Positions 25,690 through 38,395 of a stretch of 64,000 nucleotides of DNA are shown here, one piece after another. Under the pieces are notes generated by a model. That model was not told the origin of the DNA and did no database searches. It saw only the letters and a program-made list of their open reading frames with translations. The position numbers and the translations under genes were made by a program. Every line of letters starts with the position of its first letter. Positions within the stretch are counted from its first letter, which is position 1. The stretch lies in the NCBI RefSeq assembly GCF_001194135.2, contig NC_068991.1, positions 43,651,018 through 43,715,017 of the forward strand. Reading direction: 5' to 3'. This DNA is from Octopus bimaculoides. Taxonomy: Eukaryota.

Positions 25690-26575
25690 GACATGGACAG
25701 AAATTTTGAAGGGAGAGCATTAGTCAATAATGTCAACTCCCTTTGCACTTGGCTGGTACTTTATTTTATTGACTCTGAAGAGATGAAAGGTAAGGTTGAC
25801 CTTGGCTGTATTTCAACTCAGAATGTGAGAAACTGGAAAAATATTAATTCTAAAATTCACCATCCTAATAAAAATATAATAACAATTCTTTCAACAATTG
25901 GCACAAGGCCAGAAATTTTGGTGGAGGGGCAAGTTGATTACTTCAACCCCAGCATTCAACTGGTACTTATTTTATTTAATGTGTCTGAAAGGATGAAGGG
26001 TAAAGTCAACCTTGGTGAGACTTGAATCAGAACATAAAGCTGGAAGAAATGCTGGCATGCTAACAATTTTGCCAGCTCACTGCCTTTATAATAATAATAA
26101 GAAAAAACAATAATAATAATAATAATCCTTTCTTTTATAGACACAAGGCCAGAAATTTTGGGGGAAGGGGCTAGTTGATTATACTGACCCCAGTACTCAA
26201 CTGGTACTTATTTTATCAACTCTGAAAGGATGAAAGGCAAAGTTGACCTTGGCTGAATTTGAACTTAGAACATAAAAGATGGATGAAATGTCACTAAGCA
26301 TGTCTTCCAATGTTCTAATGATTCTGCCAGCTTACTGCCTTTAATGACAATAATAATCCTTTTTTACTAAAGGAACAAGGCCTAAAATTTTGGAGGAGGG
26401 AACTAGTTGATTATATCAACCTCCAGTGTTTCAGTGGTACTTAATTTATCGACCCTGAAAGTATAAAAGGCAAAGTTGACCTTGGCTGAATTTGAACTTA
26501 GAACATAAAAGATGCGTGAACTGTCACTAAACATTTTTCCCAATGTTCTAATGATTCTGCCAGCTTACTACCAAT
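25690..26575 (-). mobile_element. Tandem array of four copies of a second tRNA-derived SINE family
   Basis: Repeating unit CAAGGCCAG.AATTT..GAGGGG..TTGATTA..GACCCCAG..CAACTGGTACTTATTTTAT..GAAAGGATGAAAGGCAAAGT.GACC, separated by short AAT runs. A fifth copy lies at 28095-28250. Confidence 0.75.
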
Positions 26576-26621
26576 AATAGTAATAACAACAATAATATTA
26601 ATAATAATAATAATAATAATG

Positions 26622-26671
<50 letters not shown>

Positions 26672-26683
26672 AATAATAATAAT
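26575..26683. repeat. Compound (AAT)n/(AAC)n microsatellite
   Basis: Read directly. Many other (AT)n, (AC)n and (GAT)n tracts occur throughout the window, often next to N gaps. Confidence 0.95.
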
Positions 26684-28075
26684 GTATGCAAGCATGAAAG
26701 AGAAGATCAGGAAGAAATGTAATAGGAGAGTTTGAGCAGTTCCGAAATCTGAGCTAAATGCCCATAAGGTGTTAGCCATAAATTCCTTAGCAGTTCCAGT
26801 TGTTATTTACAGATTCAATATATTGAACTGGTATGTCAATGAAATAAAGAAAATTGATAGAAGAATTCATAAGCTGCTGACTTGTAATAAAATACTTGCA
26901 TTATCTTTACCTTCCTAGAGCTCAAGAGGTCAAAGCTTGATCCATTTTGAACTTTCTTACACAACCACTACATTTGGACTGGCCAAATATCTTGAAACAA
27001 CTAACAATTGGATGCTAAAACACATTGAAAATCATGAAAGGCATAAGAAGCTTCATTCTGCCTTGAAGGAGAGCAAAACCTTTGTTATTGATTTCATGAA
27101 TGATACCCAGGCTGAACAGTCTGGGGGAATTGTGGCAACTGTTATTGCAAAAAAAGTAAAATTAATGGCAAACAAAAATATGCATGAACAATTGGCTGGT
27201 AGGCGGGAGCAGAAATCTCTGCATGGCAAATATGTGGCCCATAGCAAACAAGCTGACATTATCCAGAAATATATCCATCAGTGGCTACAAAGCTAAGACA
27301 GAGAATGAAGGCTTAATTTTAGTTGTTCAAGATCAAAGCTTAATGACCAGGAACTATGAAACCAATGTTATGAAAAAGAGAGTGAATCCAAAGTGCCAAA
27401 TCTGCAATGATAAGGTCAAAGTTTTAGCACCAGAAGAGTATAAGTCAAGACTTGACAGAATTGACTAATATCTACATTGGTTAATATATTGGCTTTATAA
27501 AATCAAAACAGGTTGTAACTGAGGGAAAAAATGTAATGATTTTTTTGACTTTCCAGCACGTACAAACAGAACCATCAAAGGTAATAAACTGGATATTGTT
27601 GTAAAAGATCAAAATAATAATGTCTGTTTATTGATCGACATGAGTATCCCATGTGATCATTATGTTTCAGCAAAAGAATTTGACAATCTCAGAAAATATA
27701 AAGATTTGCTCATTGAAATCAAAAAAATGTAGCATCTTAAGGTGCTTACAATACCAGTGATTGTAAGAGCACTAGGAATGATAAAAAAAGGAACTGAAAA
27801 TTATTTGAGAATGATCTCTGACTTACCATCCCTGCAAGAATTGCAAAAGATTGTTCTAAGTGCTGTGTCATACATATTGAGAAGAGCATTGCTTCTGTGA
27901 GACCGATTATCATCCATGTAGATAATTTTTTCTACATAACTTTATTTGGTTTTGTAAATGGACAATCTGGTGGGTTTATTTTAATGGCCTATCAATGTAT
28001 ACAGTAAGTATCTTTGCCCTAGGTGTCAGGAATACACTTGGCAAAACATGGTAACAAAATTAATAGAAGAAAAAC
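26684..28075 (+). mobile_element. R4/Dong-like RLE non-LTR retrotransposon, 5'-truncated and dead
   Basis: AINSLAVPV, YLYLPRAQ, LHGKY, EGLILVVQDQSL.TRNY, CQIC zinc-knuckle relic, N(K)LDIVVKD..CLLIDMSIP.D..KE...KYKDL.IEI and IPVIVRALG. Flanked by (AAT)n on both sides. Confidence 0.8.
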
Positions 28076-28739
28076 TAATAATAATAATAATGGTTTCAAA
28101 TTTTGACATAAGGCCAGCAATTTTCAGGAAGTGGATAAATCAATTATATCGACCCCCAGTGCTCAACTGGTACTATTTTATTGACCCCCAAAAGACAAAA
28201 TGCCATTAAGCATCTTGCTCAGTGATTCTACCAGCTTGCTGCCTTACTCATAATAATAGTAATGATTTCTTTATTAACCACTAAGGATTCACAAAAATGA
28301 ACACCTCAAATTTATAATAAAGCAGCTTGGGCAGAACAATAGGTCTATGGAAATTAAAACAGAATTAGTGTCAGTTAGGAGCGTGAAAGCATGTATGAAA
28401 GATGTGTAGAGTTAATGTTATATATTCAAAGAAAGAATACTAGGAAAGTTCAAGGACTCTGGTTAATATTCAGCCTGATATTTGAGCCAGTTTACAAGGA
28501 TGTGCTTTATCTTTCACTTAAAAGGCTTTATCTTGAATACTGTCAAACGTTTAGAGAATTTAGGCAGTATTTTTAATAACTGTCCCAATTTCATCAGTAT
28601 CTTCTATTATTTTGTCAAAGACAAATGAATTTCTTTCTTTATATAGTGTAAGCTAAATTTTAGAAATGTAGCCCATTATTTTCTGAACATCTTTAAATTT
28701 TCAGAGCATGACAATTTTTGTTTCTGTGTTACATCATGC

Positions 28740-28972
28740 TTAACCCTTTCGCATTCAGGTTATCCTATCAGATATGATATTTATTTATTCACATTGTTTT
28801 GAATTAATCAAATTGTTTTGAATTAATCTCATAGCTTTGAGATTTCAGTAATGTGATTGTTTATTTTTAGCATGATATTGTAGGGTAGATATGAGATGCC
28901 AAATCTAGCTGGTTTGAACATAAAACAGAATATTCTGAGTGGATATGGCTGGTTTAAATGCTGAAGGGTTAA
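28740..28972 (-). mobile_element. piggyBac-like (TTAA) MITE
   Basis: TTAA-CCCTTTCGCATT ... AATGCTGAAGGG-TTAA; the interior is the reverse complement of 874-1096. Confidence 0.7.
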
Positions 28973-30249
28973 TGTTAAAAAACAAAAGGATTGGTTTTGA
29001 GTATCAATAATAAGAGTTTAAAAAAATATTCTTGCATCCACTTTTCTTTATTCAATATATTTGGTCATCCAGTCTTTTACAATGGCTTTTATTATTCACA
29101 GCTAGTAAATCACCAGTTTTTGTTTTATAATGGGTTACATATTATATATGATAGTTTGGATATCCTAGTTGACTGGATATTGGACAGCCAATCAAGAAGT
29201 TAAAGATTCATATCTGGCCACTGGCATTACATATCCTGCTACCAGGACTCTTAATTTTCATTCTAGTTGTTACACACATGGGGAATATTAAGCCATATGT
29301 ATTTTGTAATATAAATTAGCAATTTTCATTTTATTAATGATCTTCCACCATGTAATCCTCCATGATACAGAAGTATATTCTGTAGCTGTACTAAATATTA
29401 CTAATAACTGAGTTTGAAGTACTTAATTTTGATTCCATAATCAAATCATTTTAACAAGTGTGTGCTATTAGTTAGCAAAATAAGAACAATCTCATCATCA
29501 AGGTTAATATAAAAAATAATTAATTTTAGTTCATATTAATCAAGATATTTCAGAGTCGTATCATATTGTGGACTGACAGGTCCACAGTATGCATAAAGTG
29601 AGAAACACCATACACATAGTCAAATTATAAGGTTCAAAATTTGTTTTATCTGATAAAATGCTTTTACTGAAATAAAGTCTTATGAATCAGATGTAACACT
29701 GTATAATGTAGAGTTTGTAAATGGCAAAACTGGCTTAGATGCTATAAAGTTTTATAAACACATTTATGAATAATGATAACATCATTAAGTGTTTGGCTTT
29801 GAAAGAAATCTAATGGATTGATCTACAGCTTATTGTAGTTCATAGGGAGTGGCAAAGATATTTAGTGATTCAGCTCTTGAATTTTGGAGATCAATTGACA
29901 AAAAGGATTGCAACTGCAACTTCTGGAGGATTGTTCCAGTATTTGGTGGTGAATACAGGGATTTTCTGTTAAGTCAGCTATTCTATCAACAGTGCATGTA
30001 CAGGAGATACTAGAACTCTTGGTTAGTTTTGTATGATTTATGTGTATTTTGTAATGTACTACACATGCAACATGTTTCCATGCAAAACATTGAAACTACG
30101 TTTCTTCTTAGTCATAATTTCATTGACTGCATTGATTCTGTGAGCCTTTATTTTTCATTTATATGCAATTTGTTTGTAATTTTTATGATATTCCAAGGAT
30201 TTGTTGCTCAAATTAGCTGTTTGTTCATTCCATTATAGATTACTGCTGA

Positions 30250-30800
30250 TAATAACAACTTCGAATTTCATTTTTATAACCAATATGCTACACGCGGTGC
30301 ATTAATTGAGGTTTATTTCACCATTTAGTCTGGGGAACACTATTTTTGCACTCCTTGTTGATTTAAATACCAACCATCAGTCATTTCAGTCTTTCTTTTG
30401 TGTTGAAATATCTGGTCAGGATATCTACTGTAAGGTTAAACTCCTCTGTTGATTCTATTGGTGAAGATACTGTAGAGTTATCAATATATAGGCACTGCTA
30501 GTTATCTGTAAAAGCTGAAAATAGAAGCGGATTAAGTATAGGACCTTGTGAATCTGATACATTGATAGGTGAAAAACCAGAAAGCACACTTGATACATAT
30601 AGATGTAAATAGCTCTGCAACTGGCTTCTCTACAGTTCTTTGAATTTCAGCTTAGCATAGTCCATTTTATCTAAAGTTGTATCGATGTCCAGGATTGTTA
30701 AATGTTTCTTGACTTATGTCCAAGTAACTCCAAGTAACTGTTCTGTCTGGGATAGTGTGGTGAGACAGATTGTACTACTCAGAAGATAAAGTGCTTAATT
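30250..30800 (-). mobile_element. Highly degraded CR1/L2-type RT fragment
   Basis: The minus strand resembles LDI..(A)DK, (P)QGPILNPLLF and AYIDNST, with many lesions. Confidence 0.45.
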
Positions 30801-32454
30801 TGAGATTATTTTTGGGCAAGTTGTCTTACAGTTGCATATGGACTACTGATTCCATTATTTTGATGATTCTAAGTAGACATAATGAATATAAGAAAAGAAG
30901 TTTCTTCCCACCCGTGTAGTTTCAGATTCAGTTCTACTGCATAGCACCTCTACTGAATAGCATCTCTTACTGCATAGCACCTCTTACTGCATAGCACCCC
31001 TTCTATATGCCTGGGCCTATCAAAGTCTTGTGGATAGGTGTGGTAGATAAAAAAAACTAGAAGAAACTCAGTGTTTGTATGTGTTTACATATTCTCTGAA
31101 TATCACGAGCTGATGCTGTTGTTATTTCTCCTCAAAGAGGTGAAATGAGAGATCCCTTATGTAGAAAACAGATAAGAGTTAGTGATAGGAAGGGTATCTG
31201 GCTGTAAATAATGCCTCGGCAGTGCATTCATCTCAGCTTTGCTAGCATGGAAATATGAATATAAAAATGAACAAACTAGCAATAATATTCAGTGATAGAT
31301 AACAGAGTGAGAATTCAACTAAGGCTTGTTACCTGCCTGGCTGACAGTGCCTATTGTTCTGGATTAGATAAAATAAATATCAAAGTTGATTTAATCAATG
31401 TAGTCCTTCCTTTTACATAAAATGCATTTGTGCTTGAAGTTAATTTCAATATATTTGCATGCATATGAAGGCATGTGGCCTAGTGGTTGGGGTGTTGCAT
31501 TCCTGAATCGAGCAGCGTGTTGTGTTCTTGATCAAAACAATTTCATTTCATATTGCTCTGCAATCACTTTGACATCTGATATGTGGTACACCTTGCACTT
31601 GTACAGGTAATGTCAATTTGATGAAGGGAATGTGCTAATGTGCAGCACCTAATTTTAATCACTATGAAACAGATCATCTGTGCAGGTTGTTCAGACCTGA
31701 GAAACTACCATTATTTGCATGTATGAATGTACATATCATCATTTAACATCTATTTTCCATGCTGGCATAGGTTTGATGGTTTGACCAGAGCTGGTAAAGC
31801 CAAGGGTTGCACCAGCCTCCATTTTCTGTTCTGACATGGTTTCCATGGCTGGATGCCTTCCTAATGCCAACCACTCCACAGAGTTTACTGGATGCATTTT
31901 ATGTGACACCAGCTCCAGTGCTTTTAATGTGACATCAGTATAAGTGCTTTTTATGTGACATCAGCACCACTGCTGTGGTGGATGGATCTTCTTGAGTAGA
32001 AAAACATTGTACATTTTTGCATCTATTTTGTATTTCAGCCTGAGTTTGCAAATTTTGATCTTTTCATATCACTAGGTGAATATTTCATTAGTGGCTACCC
32101 TTTTTACTGTAAGCCTAATAGCTGCCAATGAGAACACACTGTGTTTACAGAAAGGTTTCGACTGCCATATGGTTAGTTATTCAGTTTCATAGCATTGGAC
32201 AATACCTTGCAGTTCTGGTTCTTAACATTCTGGTTTCAAATCTTGCCAAGCAACTTAGCCTTTCTTTCAATTACTTGTGTTGTGACTTAGTGGTTAGGGT
32301 GTTGGACTCATGATCGTGAGATTGTGATTTTGATTCCTAGACCAGGCAATGCATTGTGTTCTTGAGCAAAACATTTCATTTCACATTGCTCCAATCCATT
32401 CAGCTGACAAAAATGAGTAATCTTGTGATGGACTGATGTCCCATCCAGGTCATC

Positions 32455-33770
32455 ATCATCATCACTTAACATCCATTGTCCATGCTGGTATGGGTTGGTC
32501 AGTTTAACCAGGGCCGGCAATTTGGAAGGCTGCACCATACTCCAGTCTGTTTTGGCATAGTTTCTACGGCTGGATGCCTTTCCTAACACCAACTGCTCCA
32601 AGAGTGTAATGGGCACTTTTATGTGCATGGCACCAGTATCTGTCATGACTACAGTTTTACTTGACATAATGGGTTTTACTTGGCTTGATGGGTCTTCTTC
32701 TCAAGCACAACATAATGCCAAAGGTATGCTAGAGGTCTCGTTTATTGCCTCTGTGAGGCCCAACACTTGAATGTAGCTCAACCACTTTGCCTCTGTGAGC
32801 CTCAACACACGGAAGGTGCTTTTTATGTGCCACCTGCACAGGTGCCGGTTACGTGACACCAGCATCAGCCACGACTATGATTTCATTTGGCTTGATGGGT
32901 CTTCTCACCCACAGTATATTGCCAAAGGTCTCAGTCACTAGTCATTGCCTCTGTGAGGCCCAAAGTTTGGAGATCATGCTTCACCACCTCATCCCATATC
33001 TTCCTGGGTCTNNNNNNNNNNTGCTTCACCACCTCATCCCATATCTTCCTGGGTCTACCTCTACCACAGGTTCCCTCCACAGTTAGGGATCGGCACTTCT
33101 TTACACAGCTGTCTTCAACCATACACATCACATGACTATACCAGTGCATTCATCTCCCTTGCACACCACATCTGATGCATCTTATGCCTAACTTTTCTCT
33201 CAAGATGCTTACACTCTATCAAACATGCACACTGACACTGCACATCCAGTGAAGCATACTGGCTTCATTTCTTTCAACAGCCCATGTTTCACTGCTATGT
33301 AGCATAGCTGTTTGCACACAGGCAATCTGCCTTTCATTCTTAGAGAAAGGCCCTTTGTTGCCAGCAGAGGCGGGAGCTCTCTAAACTTTGCCCAGCCTAA
33401 TCTTATTCCAACAGCTACACTCTCAGAGTATCCACCTCCACTACTAACTTGATCACCTATATAACGGAAGCTATCTACTACCTCTAGCTTATCCCCATGG
33501 CAGTTGATGGAGTCTATTTTCTGTACATTTTTGGTGTTTATTGTACTTGTGCATCTATCACACACAAAAGCTATTTTCCCTGTTAACCTTCCTCTGATAT
33601 TGCACCTTACAGAGTTACTACCTACACCTTTTCTACAGATTGAGCAGGGCCATCTACCTGAATGGACTTGTGATTTGTCTGCCTTCCTACGTACTAAGAC
33701 TTTGGTTTTTGCTAGGTTAACCCTAAGGCCTTTCGATTCAAGACCTTGCTTCCATATCTGAAACTTCTTC
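32455..33770 (-). mobile_element. RTE LINE, 5'-truncated, with (GAT)n tail
   Basis: ORFs 33209-33565 (CDRC..GDKLEVVDSFRYIGDQVSSGG) and 32931-33149 (GTCGRGRPRKIWDEVVK); the tail reads catcatcatc at about 32455. Confidence 0.85.
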
Positions 33771-33949
33771 TTTATTTCTGGTAGTGATTCAGCTATAAGA
33801 ACACCAGGTAGGGAATATATATGCCATGAAACTGGGAAACCAACCCTTATGAGTCAATATGACTTGAGAAAGTAACTTTACCTTACCTAGTGGCATTGAT
33901 TAACCTTCTGCATTTAAAATTGTTGTTCTTGTGTTTAAATCAGCAACCA

Positions 33950-34600
33950 AGGTAGCAAACTGGCAGATTGTTAGAATGTCAGACAAAATGCCTTGTGGTA
34001 TTTCTTTGACCATACATTTTGAGTTCAAATCCTACTGAGATCAACTTTGCTTTTCACCTCTCGAGGGTTGATAAAGTACCAGTCAAGTCCTGAGATCAAT
34101 GGTATCAACTAACCCCACCTATTCCATAAAAAATTGTTGGCCTTGTACTTAAAATAGAACCCGTTATTATTATTATTGTGGCAATCTGGCAGAATTGTTA
34201 GTATGCTCGGAAAAATGCTTAGCAGCATTTCATCCATCTTTATATTCTGAATTCAAATTCTTCCATTGTTGACTTACCTTTCATCCTTTCAGGGTCATAA
34301 AATAAGCACCTGTTGAGCACTGGGGTCAATGTAACCAACTTACCCCCTCTCCTGAAATTGCTGGCCTTATGCCAAAATTTGAAATCATTACCAGGCAAAA
34401 TGCATGTGACATTTTGTCCATCTTTATGTTCTGAGTTCAAATGCTGCCAAGGCTGACTTTGCCTTTCATCCTTTTAGAGTTGATAAATAAGTACCAGTTG
34501 AACACTTGATCGATGTAATCAACTAACCCTCTCCCCACAAGGTGTAACCCTCTTCCACAAGACCTAATATAGGTCTTGTGCCTATATTAGAAAGAATTAT
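33950..34600 (+). mobile_element. Tandem array of three to four copies of the same second SINE family
   Basis: CTGGCAGAATTGTTAG..GAGTTCAAAT..CTTTGCCTTTCATCCTTT..GATAAA..AAGTACCAG units joined by (ATT)n. Confidence 0.7.
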
Positions 34601-35393
34601 TATTAATCACTTGCAATAGTTTTACTGGTACTCAGAAACAATAGTGGTACATTGGAAATTTTGCTCATCTTTGAAACGACTAACTGCTTTATGGCATTCT
34701 GTTATTTGAATCCCAAAATGAACAACATTACTCTTTATCTCTCCAAAATTGTTAATATAAAAATCATTTATGTATAGACACAGGTGTGGCTGTGTGATAA
34801 GAAACTTGCTTCCCAACCATATGATTCTGGGTTCAGTCCCACTGCATGGCACCTTGAGCAAATATCTTCTACTATAGCTTTGGTCATCCTAGCCCTTGTG
34901 AGTGGATTTGGCTGATGAAAACTGAAAGAAACTTGTTTGTGTATGTATGTGTGTGTGTGTGTGTGTGTGTTTGTGTGTGTCATTGCTGCTTGACAACTGG
35001 TGTTGGTTTGTTTACATCCCTGTAACTCACTGGTTTAGCAAAAGAGAGCAATAGAATAAGTACCAGCCAAAATAAGACTGGGGTTGATTTGTTCAACTAA
35101 ACCCTTCAAGGTGGTGTACCAGCATGGATGCAGTCCAGTGACTGAAACAAAAGGTAAAAGAGATTTAATCGAATTGNNNNNNNNNNNNNNNNNNNNNNNN
35201 NNNNNNNNNNNNNNNNNNNNNNNNNNNNNNNNNNNNNNNNNNNNNNNNNNNNNNNNNNNNNNNNNNNNNNNNNNNNNNNNNNNNNNNNNNNNNNNNNNNN
35301 TTTTTTTTTTTTTTTTTTTTTTTTTTCATAGAGATTGACAGATACCTAAATAGAAAATTATTTCTTCTCTTATTTTTATTTTCAAAATCTCAG

Positions 35394-35555
35394 GCGTTGA
35401 ATCATTTTGAAGAAGATCGGCCTGTTTTTCCTGGCTCCCGTTCAACCTATACACCTGCACTTGAATTCTTAAGATCTGACATGTACGATGGTATTCCTGT
35501 CTACAGGGTAATGAATAAAAAAGGAGAAGTTATCCAAAAGGATCAAGATCCCCAA
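35394..35555 (+). CDS. BCKDHA: BCKDHA exon 2
   Basis: ctcag|GCG...CAA|gtaag; ALNHFEEDRPVFPGSRSTYTPALEFLRSDMYDGIPVYRVMNKKGEVIQKDQDPQ, matching the E1-alpha FPG..GIP.YRVM motif; 162 nt. Confidence 0.95.
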
Positions 35556-38199
35556 GTAAGATCACTTATCTTTCTTTTATTTTTTTTTTTTTTACATAAA
35601 AATTAATTATAACGGTTAAAACAAACTAAATACCCAAAGAAACTTATTTTTTTCATCTTGGCCATGTACCTCCTCTATAGCAAGACTTGTTTCTGCCTTT
35701 CTGTCTCTTTGTCACACTCTAATCGTTCATCATTTGACACAAAATCACCTCCTCCAATAACCCCTTCCCTCTCAAAATTCCTTGTCTTGCAAGTTACTTG
35801 GTGACCCTGCCAGTGCTAATACCATGTAAAAAGCATCCAGTCCACACTGTGAAGTGGTTGGCATTTGGAAGGGCATCCAGCTGTAAAAACCATGCCAAAA
35901 CTGACCTTGCCTGTGCTGGTGCCATGTAAAAAGCTGTCACTTCACTATATGGAGTGGTTGGTGTCAGGAAGGGCATCTAGCTGTAAAAACCCTGCCAAAA
36001 CAGTCACTGTAGCCTAGTGTAGTCTTCTACCTTGCCGGTTCCTGTCAAACCATCCAACCCATGCCAGTATGGAAGACGGACATTAGATGATGATGATAAT
36101 AGCCATAATTTTCCCATATTCCAATTTATTTATTTATTGGAGGCCAAAAGTTAATTTACAAATGGAGTTGTAGAAATATAGTTTCTTTTTGAAATATTCC
36201 TCTTTCTATGTTATTTATCTAGAAACATTTTGACAGGATTTGAACTTGTAATTATGAAGTACCCATCAATCATCTAGTCAGTTTGGTAATCCCTTGTTTA
36301 AGTCATTTCTCAGTCCTTATGTTAATTTGGTATTTTATCAATGACTAAATGTCTAAGGTTGATTTATAACTTTATGGGATTTGAACAACAACACTGTAAG
36401 TACTTAAGTAAGTAATGAAAATATCAGTTCTGATATTCTCACCTTAATGTTTGTACCAACTTAGTTGACAATGAAATAAAGGTCTAGTGGTGGAGATCTA
36501 ATATACCCAACATAACCAGTTGTTGGTGCCATAGAGTGCTGTTAATTACATTGAATGGTTAGTGGGGTTGACAGAACCGATGTAAGTGTACAACACTAAC
36601 AAACCTTTGAAAACATCTAATTTACTAAATAACATGGGATTTAAAAAGGATCAAAAGTGAGTTTACTGACATTGATATCTGTGCAGAATTTAACTGCAAT
36701 GAATATCAGAATTTTTAAAAAGTAGGCTAGTTTGTATTCTTACCTTGTTTCGGTTTTTGGACTGTCACAATGCTGGGGCATTGCCTTGAAGGGTTTAGTT
36801 CAACAAAGTGACCCAATACTTATTTTTCTTTTTATGCCTGAAACTTATTCTGTCAGTCCCTTTTGCTGAACTGCTAAGTTACAAGGACATAAACAAAACA
36901 ACACTGGTTGTCATAAGGACAAAGACACACACATAGATATATATATACAAATACATATTTATATATATATATATTCAAACTTCTTTCAGTTTCTATTTAC
37001 CAAATCTACTCAAAAGGCTTTGTTTGACCCAAGGCTATAGAAGACACTTGCCCAAGGTACCATACAGTAGGAGTGAATCTGTGAATCCAAGATCACATGA
37101 TTGGGAAGCAAGCTTCTCAACCACACTGCCACCTATAGTATATTTATTCTCTTTATTTTTTTGTTTTGAAAAATAATACTTTCATCAAAAGACTCAATTC
37201 CAGTGGTATAGTTTGATATAAAATTGTGAAGATTGGATTAGTAGATGACCATTTTAACCAGTGGAGAGCTGCTGCTAATTGCTTTTGTTTTAATATTACA
37301 TTTTTGTTTTTATGGCTTAGCAGCAAGGGTGTTATTCATCAAAGGTGACTGGAAATTACTGTGCTGACTGTTAAGCATGAATTAATTCCATAGAAAAATT
37401 TTTTTGTTTTATTATGAAATATTTTATGATTAAATATCTTAGTAGAACTTTATTTTAATATTGCAATTATTTTACAGTAAAATCTTTTATGAAAATAATT
37501 CATTAACTATATTACATAATCATTGTTTCATATGTTGTCAGAACTTGTAGAACTACTACATTCTTTTATTCTTTTACTTGTTTCAGTCATTTGACTGTGG
37601 CCATGCTGGAGCACCACCTGTAGTCTAGCAAATGGAGCCCAGGACTTATTCTTTGGAAACTTAGTACTTATCCTATTGGTTCTTTTGGTGAGCTGCTAAG
37701 TTACAGGGACGTAAACACACCAGAATTGGTTGTCAAGCACTGTGGGGTGGGGGGGTGACAAACACACACACATACATGTATATGACGAGCTTCTTTCAGT
37801 TTCCGTCTGCCACATCCACTCAGAAGGCTTTGATCAGCCTGAGGTTATAGTAGAAGACATTTGCTCAAGGTGCTGGAACCATGTGGTTGGTAAGCAAGCT
37901 ACTTACCACACAGCCAAATCATCAGATCAGAAATTGTATGCCCCTTAGCAATGCCAAATCTAAAGAGACCTAACTACATTGAAATAATGATACTCTGCAT
38001 GCCAGTTATGTATAATCTTCAGATGCTGGTGCTAGGAAGGATTACTACAAAATTATTACATGGCATGAGCAAGTGTATTGTTTTGAATTGTATTAAACAA
38101 TTTGTCGTTTATAATTATTATTTTTTGTTATTTTTTCCCAAGGTTTGTGTGTTCAATTTTTTAAAATGTTTTTATCTTTTGATTTGTGATTTTCTGCAG

Positions 38200-38395
38200 T
38201 TGGATGATGACACAGTGTTAAAGATGTACCATGACATGACATTGCTGAACACTATGGACCGAGTGCTCTATGATTCTCAAAGACAAGGCAGAATTTCATT
38301 CTACATGACTAACTATGGAGAAGAGGGCACTCACATTGGGTCAGCTGCAGCTCTTGATCCTGGTGATTTGGTATTTGCTCAGTATCGGGAAGCAG
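38200..38395 (+). CDS. BCKDHA: BCKDHA exon 3
   Basis: tgcag|TTG...GCA G|gtatg; contains [40 protein letters not shown]; 196 nt. Confidence 0.97.
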
